A stretch of 64,000 bases of DNA. It comes from Raja brachyura. Its lineage: Eukaryota. The position numbers and the translations under genes are program-made. The notes beneath the pieces are model-generated. The model made no database searches. It was not told where the DNA came from and was given only the letters and a program-made list of their open reading frames with translations. Below are positions 40,765-52,562 of the stretch, piece after piece (positions within the stretch are counted from its first letter, which is position 1; each line of letters opens with the position of its first letter). Location: the NCBI GenBank assembly GCA_963514005.1, contig OY740794.1, positions 38,316,001 through 38,380,000 of the forward strand. The letters are read 5' to 3'.

Positions 40765-41005
40765 TAAATAAACTCTGCAGGTTGGCAGCATCTGAAGAAA
40801 GGAATAAAGTTATCATTTCAGATTTAAAATTTTCATCAGAACTGCAAAGAATTTTCACTTCCTCAGTTCTTAGTTCTCTTTTTTAGTTCTGATGAAGGGT
40901 CTTCAACATGAAATGTTAACTTTGATTTTCTCTTTCTAAAGATGCTGTCGTACACTGCTGAGTTTTTCCAGTATTTTCTGATTTTTTTTAAGGTGTACAT
41001 CTGCA
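40765..41005. repeat. Degenerate fold-back pLTR-type repeat
   Basis: ttcatcagaac (40832-40842) / gttctgatgaagggtc..gaaatgtt (40886-40918). Confidence 0.55.
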
Positions 41006-42271
41006 GTTATTTTTTCAATGTCACATTTTTCATGTTATAGATCGTTTTATTTAAAATCAGAAAATTTAACATATGAGAAGTGTATTTTATAAATAAATAT
41101 GTAGTTGAAGTTGATTTGTTCCCATTGTTGGATTAATCCAACATATCATCTAATCCATTCAAATAACAGGTTTTGCCAATTATAGGTCAATTAAAAATGG
41201 CCTAGTATTTCTAATGTCTGTCCAATTGATACAGGAACATTGTGGTCACATTACTGAGCCAGCACTCAATATGTAGCACCTTGTTCCAGAATCAATTCAT
41301 GTACTTAATTCCCAGCAAGCTTACTTGAAAATTTAAAGTTAAAAAGAAAGCTGTATCACCAATGATGCTATGAAACAACAAGATAGTTTTAAGGAATTAT
41401 TTGGTTCTTTGAAGTCTTTTAGAGAAGGAAATCTCTTTACCCAGTATGTCACATGACTACCAGTATCGTTAACCTACTCCTAAGTGAGCTGGTGATTAGG
41501 GATGGGTAATAAATGCTGCCTTCACCAGTTATGTGTAATTAATTAGCTATGATCTTATGATGGAGTAGGCTTCACAGGCCTGTGGCCAATTTCTGAACAA
41601 TTACACAAAATAATGCATAATGCAATGTTCTCCCCTGCTTGCTTGTTACACCTTCAATTTTTGTTCAGATAAAATAGTTCTCCCAATGTCTTGGTCCCAG
41701 CATACTTATTTGTCACAAAGTCCCTGAGATCCAAATTGTCCTTCCTACAGCCTTGGAGGCAGAAGCACAGGGATGTGGGTAAATTAACACCTCCTTTTAG
41801 AACACCAACGCCTGTGTGAGAGATTACACACTGCTAGACTAGTAGAGTAATTAACAGTACTAATCATACCATTTGTATTGTGCAGTTTGTGGAAACATTT
41901 ATGTATAACACTTTTACCATGGCATAACTTAATATTTTCTCTTTTCCCTTTTCTCATTCACTAACTCACTTCAATCAAAATTTTAAAAATGAGTGATAAA
42001 GTGTGTGTCTGTTGAAGATCTCATAGTCATAGCTCTCTCATTTTACAAGGGTTGTGGAAAACTGATGAAATGTGATGAAATTGACTGAAAGGCTCCCTGT
42101 TCAAAAAAGATCAGCACCATGAAAGGCTTATCAATATTTAGAACCAGGTGTAAAAATAGCTGTTTTAAAAGGAACTGCAGATGCTGGAAAATCGAAGGTA
42201 GACATAGCTGGACCTGCAATGTTCTGCAAGTAGATTAATATACCTGGAACAGTGAGTCCAATATCGTCTAT

Positions 42272-42367
42272 CGTCTGAAGAAGGGTCTCGACCCGAAACG
42301 TCGCCTATCTCCTTCACTCCTTAGATGCTGCTGCACCCGCTGAGTTTCTCCAGCTTTTTGTGTAACC
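42272..42367 (+). mobile_element. 96-bp Penelope-pLTR-type insert with a 9-bp flanking direct repeat
   Basis: atcgtctat at 42263-42271 and 42368-42376. Confidence 0.8.
42273..42305 (+). ncRNA. Minimal type I hammerhead ribozyme motif, core intact, sense to the KIF1A pre-mRNA
   Basis: GT CTGAAGA A GGGTC TC GACCC GAAA C GTC GCC. Confidence 0.7.
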
Positions 42368-44355
42368 ATCGTCTATTTATACACTGACTGGGAGATACAG
42401 TGGGTCATACATTGTCCTCTCATACTCTGGGACTGGTTGGTATAGTTTGTTTGGAACAGCAATGGGGTCCTGAACACAATGTGTGGTTGGAAGGGTGTTT
42501 TTGTTGAGTATACATTATTTTGGTCATATGCTGAGAATTCCAGAATCTTATTTAATGCCTGTGCAAGGTTTTAATCACAAACAGAAAGCCTGATTACTTG
42601 CCCAATACCTGTCAGGTGAGGAAAAGTCTGAAGTTGAAGGCTGTGGAACAGAGAGAAGGGAGACTGGGATAGAATCGTTTGACGACTAGGGTAATATTGT
42701 GTTTGTGGGGGAGGGAGAGAGAGAGAGTGTTGTCAGGGGCATATTGTGGTTGGGGCTGAGATATTGTGGTCTGGGGTGAGATTGACTACCGTGGAGAGGG
42801 AATGCATTCAGGGACCAGCAAGAGATGATGGCTTTTCAGGTGTCGGTGATGGTGAGTGAAGTGCGTAAAACATGCTTCCCCGCGTAATACTTCTGTTTCT
42901 CAAGGCGCCCGAAACAGCAGTATCAAGGCATTTACTTTTCCTTCTGGCCTTTCTCAAGTAATTTTATCTGTAAGAAAAGGGAATCCAGAGTACATTGATC
43001 AAAAATATATAATAATCCATTTAAAAATAAAGTTCATTTTTTATCACCTATCATTTCAGACTTGATTGGTTCTCCACCTCTATTAACACTGGAAGCGAAC
43101 AGATTCACATTGTTTCATATTTTTTAAATGTTTACTTCTCACCAATATTCAATTTGTCTTGTTTGTAAAATTCACAATATCCAACCCTACGATCTATAAT
43201 AGTAGGGAAGTGAAGAGAATTAAATTCTGGAAATTGGAGATGAGCTAGTGACGCTACAGAACTGTTAATTTAATCTGCAGGATCAGCTCGATGGTTCATG
43301 AATTGTATGCCCTACCACATCTGATAAGGATGTGGCTATTAAAAGGGAATAACTGATAATTAGAAAAATAATAAATGCACAGGTAGTATGGTTTGTTTGA
43401 ATGTGTTTGGATGAATATTAATGACCATATGTGAGTAGGAGTGAGTTTGTAACTGGGAGACAGTAGAAGGGTGTGATCCTGAAATTGTGTTTGTATGCAC
43501 ACAAAAATGAATGTGTCACTTGCTACTGAAAGAAATACACAACTTATCATGAAAAGAGCAAATGGTCAAAGTTGTGTTCTGCTTTGTCCATATGGTCATA
43601 GTTTCTGCCGCAGGCATAGAAGGTCACTAAGTACTTGTGGATGGATGCAGCATCCATTACCATACACCCCTCCCAGAAGAGGATGGTTGCTTTGGGGAAA
43701 TAATCTGCCTGGGATAGGTAGGTGTCGGATTGCAATGCAGTGGTGAATTAAAACATTAAAACAGTTGTGAATTAATGCCAAAACGTATCCAAAAAGTAGC
43801 TTCCAGTGCCAAGCAGAACTCCAGGTGCAATTGGTTGATGCAATATTTGTTCTCTCAATCTATCATTGCGAAGACTAGTTTCTGAATAAGGATCCAAAAC
43901 TTTTTTAAAAGTATGTTATAAAGACGGATTGTCTCCCGCTTCACAAATCTGATTGCCGTCCACTACTTTTCTATCTCTTGAAGTGTAGAAATTAACCCCA
44001 GTCCTGACAAAGGGTGATCATCCTCAATTATGTAAGTTTATGTTCTGTGAGCATTAGACCTTTTGATCCCTGGTCTGGTCTCAATATAATATAAAATGTA
44101 AATGTTCCATCTAATTCTAGGTTGGAAAGTAATTCTTGGTGTAGTGCTGGAGAAAAAGACACAAACAAATGCAGTGTTTTGGCTTAGTAATTTGGCTGAA
44201 ATTATAATTCTAAAGGGGTAGAAATAAGAAATTATATGTAAAATGAATATTAGTGACCTTCTATCCCCTAGAACATAGCTTTGCTGTCTCATTGTGCTCA
44301 GGGTCTGCTGCTTTGCTTTACAATGTTACCGTTACCAATGATACTTTTTTGAGTC

Positions 44356-44362
44356 TACTAAC
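44356..44362 (+). promoter_or_regulatory. Consensus branch point (TACTAAC) of the 27-nt microexon
   Basis: Perfect TACTAAC, branch A about 28 nt upstream of the exon start. Confidence 0.65.
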
Positions 44363-44388
44363 AAGGTATTGTTCTTGTGTTTTTGCAG

Positions 44389-44415
44389 GCAATTTCTTGA
44401 TTCGGATATGCCTAG
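44389..44415 (+). CDS. KIF1A: KIF1A 27-nt microexon QFLDSDMP
   Basis: tttttgcag|G CAA TTT CTT GAT TCG GAT ATG CCT AG|gtattt. Phase 2-2; resembles the mammalian KIF1A insert QFLDSDIP. Confidence 0.88.
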
Positions 44416-45004
44416 GTATTTTTTTGTTTTAAATCCTTAAATTATTTATTTCTCAACAGCTTCAGGCATCGAAATCCCATCAAAACCTTGGTTTTCTTTA
44501 AATTAATATCTTGATTTATTTGTTTCTTCACTTTTCCTCTTTTCACCACATTCTGCAAAGACCTGCTAGGTATTGCCAGTTTAATTCGGCTTGAAGCCCA
44601 AATCTATGAGCTCCTCGGAGTCAAAGGTTGCATGTAGTGCTTGCAATGGCCGTGCTATACAGACTGATGTAATGCTAAGTACCAGGGAGGATGACGGGGG
44701 AGCTTTTCCACTGCTACATCCATCATTGCGTTAATTTCTTTAGTAGGGGACGGCGATGCAGGAGTTTACTGCATGTGCTAAAATGTGGCTTAGTCAACCC
44801 TTACATTTGCAGTTGTGTGGAATCTGGTATGGTGTGTTGAAGGCATTAAGCTTTTGTCAGGCATTTTAGCCTGCCAATTAAATCATAAACTCTAACGCAT
44901 TGTTACTATTGCACATGGGCAAACAAAGATCATCGCCTAACAATACTTTAAAGACATTAGAGTAATAAAATAAAATCTGGGGAGTAGTGGCTTCTTTACA
45001 TGTA

Positions 45005-45217
45005 GGAAGGAACTGCAGATGCTGGTTTAAACCGAAGATAGACACAAAATGCTGGATTAACTCAGTGGGGCTGCCAGCATCTCTGGATAGAAGGAATGAG
45101 TGACGTTTCGGGTCGAGACCCTACTTCAGAATCGGTCCCGACCTGAAACGTCACCCATTCCTTCTATCCAGAGATGTTGCCAGTCCCCCTGAGTTACTCC
45201 GACATTTTGTGTTTATC
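45005..45217. repeat. Fold-back pair of the pLTR-type repeat with hammerhead-like cores at the centre
   Basis: Arms at about 45037-45118 and 45134-45217; the minus-strand core reads CTGAAGT (mutated). Confidence 0.8.
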
Positions 45218-46044
45218 TGTGGCTTCTTTACACATTATTTGGTGCTGTGAGGATCTGGATCTCTGTTTTCTTTCCTTGAGAAACCTACAGCGAGGGTATT
45301 GAGCATATGGTGATTGTATCAGATTAATAGGGTGCATATCTTCTGTATAATGTTTGGAATTTTGATGAATCCATTGTCCATTTAGTAAAAGTTTTTTTTT
45401 AAACACAACCTGATAAAGTAACTCAGTGGGTCAGATAGCTTCTCTGGAAGACATGGAGAGGCAATGTTTCAGGTTGGTCTTCTTCTTCAGAGGAGCAGGA
45501 AGGGGAAGAAAGCTGCAAAAGAATTGGGGACAAGACAAAGCCTGGCAAAGAAAGGTAGATTCAGGTGTGGGGGGTTTAATTTGAAGATGGGTGGGCAAAG
45601 GATAGAGATGAACAAGAGACTAAAGGGTGACTAAAAGATAAGGATTTAAGAAGAGTGAAATGTGAAGCCAGAGGAAAAGATAGAGGTGGAACGGGATAGG
45701 GAAAGGGGGTGGGGGAGGGGGAGCATAGTGGGAGAAATTAGTGAATACCCGTGTGGGAACAGGGAAGAGAGAGAGAAAGAAAGGTGGGGAGGGTGTTACC
45801 TAATATTGGAAAATTCACTCTTAATACTATTGGGTTGTAAGCAGAATATGAGGTGCTGTTCCTCCAGTTAGTGTATGGCCTCAGTCTGGCAATGGAGGAA
45901 CCCCAGGTTAGTATACGAATGGGAGGGGAGATAAAATGGTAAATGTTGGGAGTCTGCATTGACATTTCATCTACGCAGTGTAAAGGCTTAACACTATATA
46001 CCACTGGAGGTCCAGTTCAGCGAGCAGGATGAGGTTTACTTGCT

Positions 46045-46368
46045 GTGTGACATTATGGAGTTACTCTTTGCCCAGCAGAAAAAAGTTCCTTGTTGTATCT
46101 TTGTAGAGTTCTTGTTAACTCAGCAGGGTATGGGTACTGTTCTCTTGCATTGTAAATTCAGTAGGATATGGTATCACTTTGTCTATACAGAACTCCTACT
46201 GATACAGAGATTGTTGATCATGATCACGGTACCTACAGAGTTCCTGCTAATCTGGCAGGGTGCAGGTGTCTCAAAGCCTAGGCAGAGTTTTTTTTTGATT
46301 CACCAGGGTATGGATCTCACTCTCACTATAAAGTTGCTGTTAACTCAGCAGAGTAAGGATGTCTCTGT
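46045..46368. repeat. Degenerate ~45-48-bp tandem repeat
   Basis: Recurring gagttc.tgttaactcagcagggtatgg. Confidence 0.55.
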
Positions 46369-46387
46369 TAAATTAGTACGGTAAGGT

Positions 46388-46900
46388 CTCAAAGGCCTTT
46401 TATTGTCACATGTACCAATTAAGGTACAGTGTTATGCGAAGTACCAAACAGCCACACAAAAAAAAACAAGACACACAACTACATAAAAGTTAACATAAAC
46501 ATCCACCACAGCGGATTCCTCACTGTGATGGAAGGCAATAAAGTCCAATCTTCTTCCTCTTTATTCTCCCACGGTCGGGGCAGTCGAAGCTCCCGCGTCG
46601 GGGCGATCTAAGCTCCCGCATTGGGGCGATCGAAGCTCCAATGTCGGGATGGTCGAAGCTCCTGCGGCTTGGAGTTCCCGATGTCGGTCTCTAACCAGAG
46701 ACCACGAGCTCCGCGATGTTAAAGTCTGCAGGCACCTGCAGTTGGAGCCCTGAAGTCGACGTGGAGCTCATGGTGGAACTCTCGAAGTCGTCTACAGCAA
46801 AGGCCCCTTACTCCTTGATGTTAGGCCGCAGTGCGGACGGAGATGCGATACGGAACAAAATTCCATCTCCATCAAGTTAAGAGATTAGAAAAAGTTTACC
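46388..46900 (-). mobile_element. Retro-element 3' end with an internal ~22-bp GC-rich tandem repeat
   Basis: ttttattgtcacatgtacc tail; (gggcgatcgaagctcccgc..)x4-5 at 46575-46680. Confidence 0.55.
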
Positions 46901-48362
46901 CCAACTACCCCGACTACTTAAGAGGAATATGAAGCACTATTCTTCCATTTTGTGTGTGGCCTTACACTGGCAATGGAAGAGGCTAAGGACAGAACGGTTA
47001 GTATGGGAATGGGGAGGAGAGTTAAAATGGTTAGCAATCAGAAAGTCCAGCAGACTTTGGCAGACAGAGCACAAGTGTTTGGCGAAACGGTAACATAGTT
47101 TACGCTTGGTCACATCGATTTGGAGGACGCCAGATCAGGAGCACCAAATACAATAGACGAGATTGATAGAGGTACGTTGAATGGCTATCTCACCTGGAAG
47201 GGCTGCTGGAGTCCCTGGATCGAAGTGGGTGAGGAGGTGTTGGTGAGGTTTCTTGCAGGATATGTAATTAGCCATTTATTCTGCTGTTCAAGATTTGCCT
47301 GAGGCAGAGTTGATATTAAGAATGGAAGAATATAAAAACAGAACCATAAGATCAAGAGAGTTGATCAATTACCGAGATTGCATCTTGCCACATTCATTAA
47401 ATCTGCCTTTCTGAAATACATGAAGATCGACACAAAATGCTGGAGTAACTCAGCGGAACAGGCAGCATCACTGGATAGAAGGAATGGGTTGCGTTTTGGA
47501 TCGAAACCTTGAAATACACATTGACATGCTTATTAAATCCATGACCTTCAAATGTTCCTCAATTTATTAATTTTAGCAGTAAACTATTGACTTTACTAAT
47601 TTTCTTATTTCAGCTTTTTTTAAAATATGTTTGCTACAAGGAATAAATCCTTAAACCGCACAAATTGAGAGACCTCTTAGGCCTGAGTGCTCTGAAAGTT
47701 TATTGTTTTATCAAGAAAATGAAATTAATTTTGTGAATCTTCTCATCACTTACTAATGCCTGGAATTATCAACAAAGTAAGGTGCAGCTCCAGATTTTCT
47801 GTTTAAACAGCAGAAGTTATTCAGTACTAACTGCATACAGTTGCAGTTTATTCAGTAGAAACAACTGCACGCCTTTTAACAGTATAGGGTTGCTTTTTCT
47901 TCATCAGTGTGAGGATTAATTGCTGTTCAACTATACAGTGTGATGGCGGCTGGTGATTCAGTGTGTAATTTGGGAGCAGCCTTGATTAATTATTTAAAAC
48001 AACAGTCATTGAAAGAGATTGCAATGGTTTTTAAAGACAAGATCCAGTGACTGTTCTTCTCTTCAGCTGTACTGCCAGAAGTGTGTCCAAAGCCCCTAAA
48101 CAATTCACAGGTCTTTGCAGAATATTTTAATCCTCTTGGAGGAAACTGCACATGAGTGCTTGATAGCAGTCTCTACGGTGAAGGATGGAGTGTCTACTGT
48201 TACCTTTGCCCACATCCCTCCACTCCTTCACCATCCCCTCCCCTCTCTGTTGCTCAGGTGGGCATGACAAACATGGCATTCAACATCCTGAGGACTAAAT
48301 TTCTGACATTTTTTTCTTTTTTTTTCCTTTTGTGTTTGTCTCTGGGTTGTCTTCACTAAAAG

Positions 48363-48386
48363 CATAACACATGGAAATGACAATAG
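48363..48386 (+). CDS. KIF1A: Candidate KIF1A 24-nt microexon (S)ITHGNDN(R)
   Basis: Long pyrimidine tract, then aaaag|C ATA ACA CAT GGA AAT GAC AAT AG|gtacac. Phase 2-2, frame-preserving. GND motif resembles a recalled vertebrate KIF1A insert (VSFGNDT-like). Confidence 0.65.
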
Positions 48387-49821
48387 GTACACAGTGAACT
48401 TTTCTTTTGCTCTTTTTCTCTGCAATTTGTATCCCGTCCTTCCCATTGTTTCACTCACTGGTATCACTTGTTTTGGTTTTACTTACTCCCATGTCGGTGT
48501 CCTGTGTCTGTTAACTTACTGTTCCCCTCAATTATGTGCCTTTACGATGTCTTTATTGCAAGATTGTAATATTTCCCTTTATCAAAGGGTCAGTATTTCT
48601 TCTTATTGGCCTGCAATTAATGTCCTTTCTATTTTTTAAATTTAAATGCAGTTGAAAAAATATAATGAAGTTGGAAAATTGGAAATGGAGTCTGAGATCT
48701 AGAAAGTATACGTATATTAGCACTTTATTCCCATGAGAAGACTCTTAATGCTGCAGCAAATCTCAGTAAATTAATATGCTCCCCTTCAGTGGTGCATATT
48801 CAAGTACATTTTCTTCCAAAGATAGGAAAGATACATCAATGTTGAGGCCCTTGGTTGGTGGAGATGTGCCTTCATCTGACTGACCAAACTGAAAACAGTG
48901 GTGTGATGAACACATGATGATGTAAAATGAAAGACTTATGCCAATGCAGAAGGAGAAGTGGAGAGGGGATGGTGGAAGGTGTTCAAGTTAAAGAAAGTTA
49001 TGGTGGCAGCACTGATAGTAAAAAGCCAATTGACTTCATTCCGTGCCATGCATTATACAAGTGGGCTAGGAAAGAGCTTACATATGCTAATTACTGTCCT
49101 CAAGGGTATTGCCATGGAATTCCTAGATTTGAGAATGAAAGAACCAGGTATAAATGCAGCGTGATTTCATTTGAGAGGGGTATAATGGGGAGGTGCTAAC
49201 ATCTCCATGATGTGATGCGGCAGAAACTGACAGACAGTTGAGTCCTCCAGTTGGATGTTCCATGCAAAGGCTTCGCTGGGGAAAGATGGACATGTGAAGA
49301 GAATAACCGTATACTATTGATGCAAGAATTATCGGGTAATCCCTGTGCATAGGAATCAGGGCAAATTGGGAAAGGGCATGCAGTTCCAGGAGATTGCTGA
49401 CCATCCTGAGGTGGTGAGGAATCCCCCGTTGGAAGTAGAACCGGCTGATACCTTGGGCTAAATCTACCTTGCGGGTCAGTAAGTGTGAGGTGGACGCAGT
49501 GTTGACATGCAGGATTGTTACCAGCCCAGCATGTTTCAGGACCTATTAGCACTAATTAGTTGTTCAGATATCCAGTCGCTTACACGTTAGGCTGGGATTT
49601 GCATCTATAGGTTAAGGCATAAGGAGAGGATAAATGGATCAGGTTAATAATACATAAAGGGAACTGCAGTTGAATTGATGCAATTTGGCAGAGCAGGACA
49701 TCTGTGCTGTTATTCCCCATCTCTGATCCACTTTTCCTTTTGCAACTCCCCGAAGAGTGTTGGGTCAGGAAATTCAGATTATTATTGAGTAAAATTCTAC
49801 GTCAGAAAAAATCTATTCCCT

Positions 49822-50004
49822 CCTAAACAAAATGGCGGCGGCGCGGGCACACCGCGACGCCCTGTGTCTCCCAGGAATGGAAAAAACAGCAACAATCATT
49901 TGCTGTGTCGCTCTTCCAGGGAGATGCTAAATGCATTTCGTTGTCTCTGTACTGTACACTGACAATGACAATTAAAATTGAATCTGAATCTGAATCTGAA
50001 TCTG
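49822..50004 (+). mobile_element. Short retro-element 3' end with (TGAATC)n tail
   Basis: gcatttcgttgtctctgtactgtacactgacaatgacaattaaa followed by (tgaatc)4. Confidence 0.6.
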
Positions 50005-51103
50005 AGTTCCTTCCATTCACCGCCGTACACACTAATCCTCAACCGGAAGTGAAATCTATTGCCAATTTCTGGCTACGTCACTGAGGTTTCCAGTTTGGGT
50101 TTGACCTCCTGGGTCTACTTTTGTGCCTGCAATTTACAGATGGCTGTGAGACAGACTCAAAAGGTTACGGATATTTTCAGGGTGAAATTGGACCCAGACG
50201 GGTAGACTCAGAAGGCAGAATCATATTAGAGATCCATAATGTGGCATATTTGATAACTCTTGCAATTGAAATCAGTGGAGCTGAATATACGGAATGATGT
50301 CTAGCAGGTGATTAATGCTGTCACGCCAGTGCACCAGGCCAGCGTTTGTAGGGGGAGGTTAAATAAGTGCTGCCAAAAATAATTTAAGAATTTGGAGAAA
50401 ATGTAAAGTTCAAAGTCAAGAGCACCTTGACGAAATAGGGAGAGAAAGAATCATCCACATTATTTCATTTTGACAGATATAAAGCAGCTTTCATAGTGAG
50501 CCAGGACAGTTACTGTTGTGGAATATCGGGGTGTGGGTCAGCGCAGAAAAACAAAACAATCTGCAGCCCATCTCCTTGCAGTTTTGTGGTCAACTGGTAA
50601 GCCCACCACCCCTGGGGGACAGATCCTTATTAATTATGACAAGCCCATGTGTAGGCCTTTAAGAGCAACACTGAACCTTTGAACCTTTTGGGTTTGCTGT
50701 AGTCAATCTTGAATAATCTAGCATGCTCAAAGCTTGACCACTGCAGCCAATCCAACATTGAATCAGTCGTGAAAGTCGTGTAGTTTGAAAATCCGGGAGG
50801 TGTGCACTACAAGAGATGACGAATGAGGCAAAAGGCTTCACCCGGAAATGTTTATGTTCTGGTTCAGGCATCTAAACTAAGGAGTTGCACATCGCTAAAC
50901 ATTGATATGTTATCAGTCTTATTAATAGTATTTTTGTTAATTGTGTTTCATAAAAAGGAAATGGTTTGGTGTCATCCATTATGACCTGTATCCCCCAATT
51001 ATGGAACTAAAATTGACTGGGAGCTCTATTGAGTATTCTATTCATAACATCACAACAGGAAGTTAAGATGGTACCTGAGGGTGAAAGGTAAACTGATGTG
51101 AAA

Positions 51104-51226
51104 AAGGGGCAAAGTATTATTATCGAATAATGGTTAGAAATGAAGGGGCTTTAATTTTTCACCGTACCTGTCTCAAGGGGCAAGGTGTTATTGTCTAATA
51201 ATGGTTAGAAATGAAGGAGCTTTAAC
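51104..51226. repeat. Local direct duplication of ~50 bp
   Basis: aaggggcaa.gt.ttatt.tc.aataatggttagaaatgaagg.gctttaa occurs twice. Confidence 0.75.
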
Positions 51227-51439
51227 CTATGTCTTACATCATCACCCAGTTAAAATAGGGATGTTAGTTGAGATTGCGGAGAGATTTGTCATTTACTTAT
51301 TCATGTTTTGGCTGAGTCAGGGGTGCCAGGCAGGCAGACCAGATGAGTTGCAGTTCCTCAACTGATCCTGTGAGTGAACTGGCAGTGTGCATTCCATCCT
51401 TGCCTTTTTCTCTCTGCCTCTACTTTTCCGCTGACTGTT

Positions 51440-51625
51440 GAGAGTCAAGAGAGTTTTATTGTCATATGTCCCAGATAGATCAATGAAATTCCTTCTTGCA
51501 GCAGCACAACAGAATATGTAAACATAGTAGACTGTAAACAATATAATAACGAGAGAGAAAAAAAAAGTTCAGTTGTGTATATATACACATACTCACAAAT
51601 ACACATATATACAGATCATATATAT
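51440..51625 (-). mobile_element. LINE 3' tail fragment
   Basis: Reverse of ttctgttgtgctgctgcaag..gggacatatgacaataaaac..ttgactc. Confidence 0.6.
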
Positions 51626-52119
51626 ATCAGTTGCTTCCTCCATATCAAATCGGTTTACCACTAGAATAGCGACCCACCTCATCCAGCTTGACTTAAGTCA
51701 CATTGAACATTTTGGCTTCCTCAAACCTGAAAGTACTCCTTGGCCTTAACATTGTTTTCTATAACACTACATTCTTTATTTTCCATAGTTACATGGCCTT
51801 GGGGTCAGAACTCACAGTGCACCATGCACCCTGAGAGAGTTAAAAATCAGTTGAAAAGGTTCAGCTGAAGTTGGTGATAGGTCATTAATGGTGTTGTACA
51901 ATAATGCTCCCTTATTCATTTACCCATATTCCATATTCAGTCCTCCCAGTTACCATTGATCTTGCTATTTTGTTCTGACTTTCCCAAGGACAATTACCCT
52001 TGGATATGTTCTAATTGGTTCTGAAATTCATTAAACTGGCAGTCAGATAGGTCCCTGACATGTTGACTGACATCCCTCACACTCAGGCTCTGTCCGCCAC
52101 CTTGGGTGGAAACAAAAGC

Positions 52120-52562
52120 AGTTAACATTGGAAACACTCAGCAGGTCAGGCTGCATCTGCAAAAAGAGAAACTGAGTTAATGTGTCAGATACATGAGACT
52201 GTAGATGCTGGAATCTGGACCAACAAACAATTTGCTGGAGAAACTCAGTGGATAGAGCAGCATTACTGAAGGGGAAAGAAACTGACAACATTCTAGGTTG
52301 AAACACTTTCATCAGGACAGCGGGGTTTTTGGTGCAGTCCTGTTGCAGAGTTTTGACCCAAAACATTCACAAGTCCTTCCCCCTCCCAGCCCCACAGATG
52401 CTACTAGACCTACTGAGTTCCTCAAACATTTTTTTTTGCTTAAACATTGGTCTCTGACCTGAAACGTTAATTATTTTCTCCTTCCACAGATCCTGTCTGA
52501 CCTGTTGAGTGTTTCCAGTATTTTGTTTTTTTGTTTCAGATTTCCAGCATCTGCAGTTTTTC
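52120..52562. repeat. Nested degenerate fold-back pLTR-type repeats
   Basis: gaaacactcagcaggtcagg / cctgtctgacctgttgagtgtttc outer arms; inner gaaactcagtggatagagcagcat / atgctactagacctactgagttcc. Confidence 0.6.

Larger units (their letters stand above)
45415..47260 (-). mobile_element. Penelope-like element remnant(s): GIY-YIG endonuclease C-terminal pieces and pLTR, interrupted by other repeats
   Basis: Minus strand of about 46925-47130 reads ..TKRKL.YRFAKHLCSV...ANHFNSPPHSH..LFHCQ; minus strand of 45840-45900 reads LHCQTEA..LEEQHLIF; pLTR-like end at 45415-45490. Confidence 0.7.

Noticed and set aside
40600-46680. CRISPR-like arrays at 40600-40752 and 46045-46680
   Set aside because: Contiguous tandem units without unique spacers, eukaryotic intron context, no cas genes.
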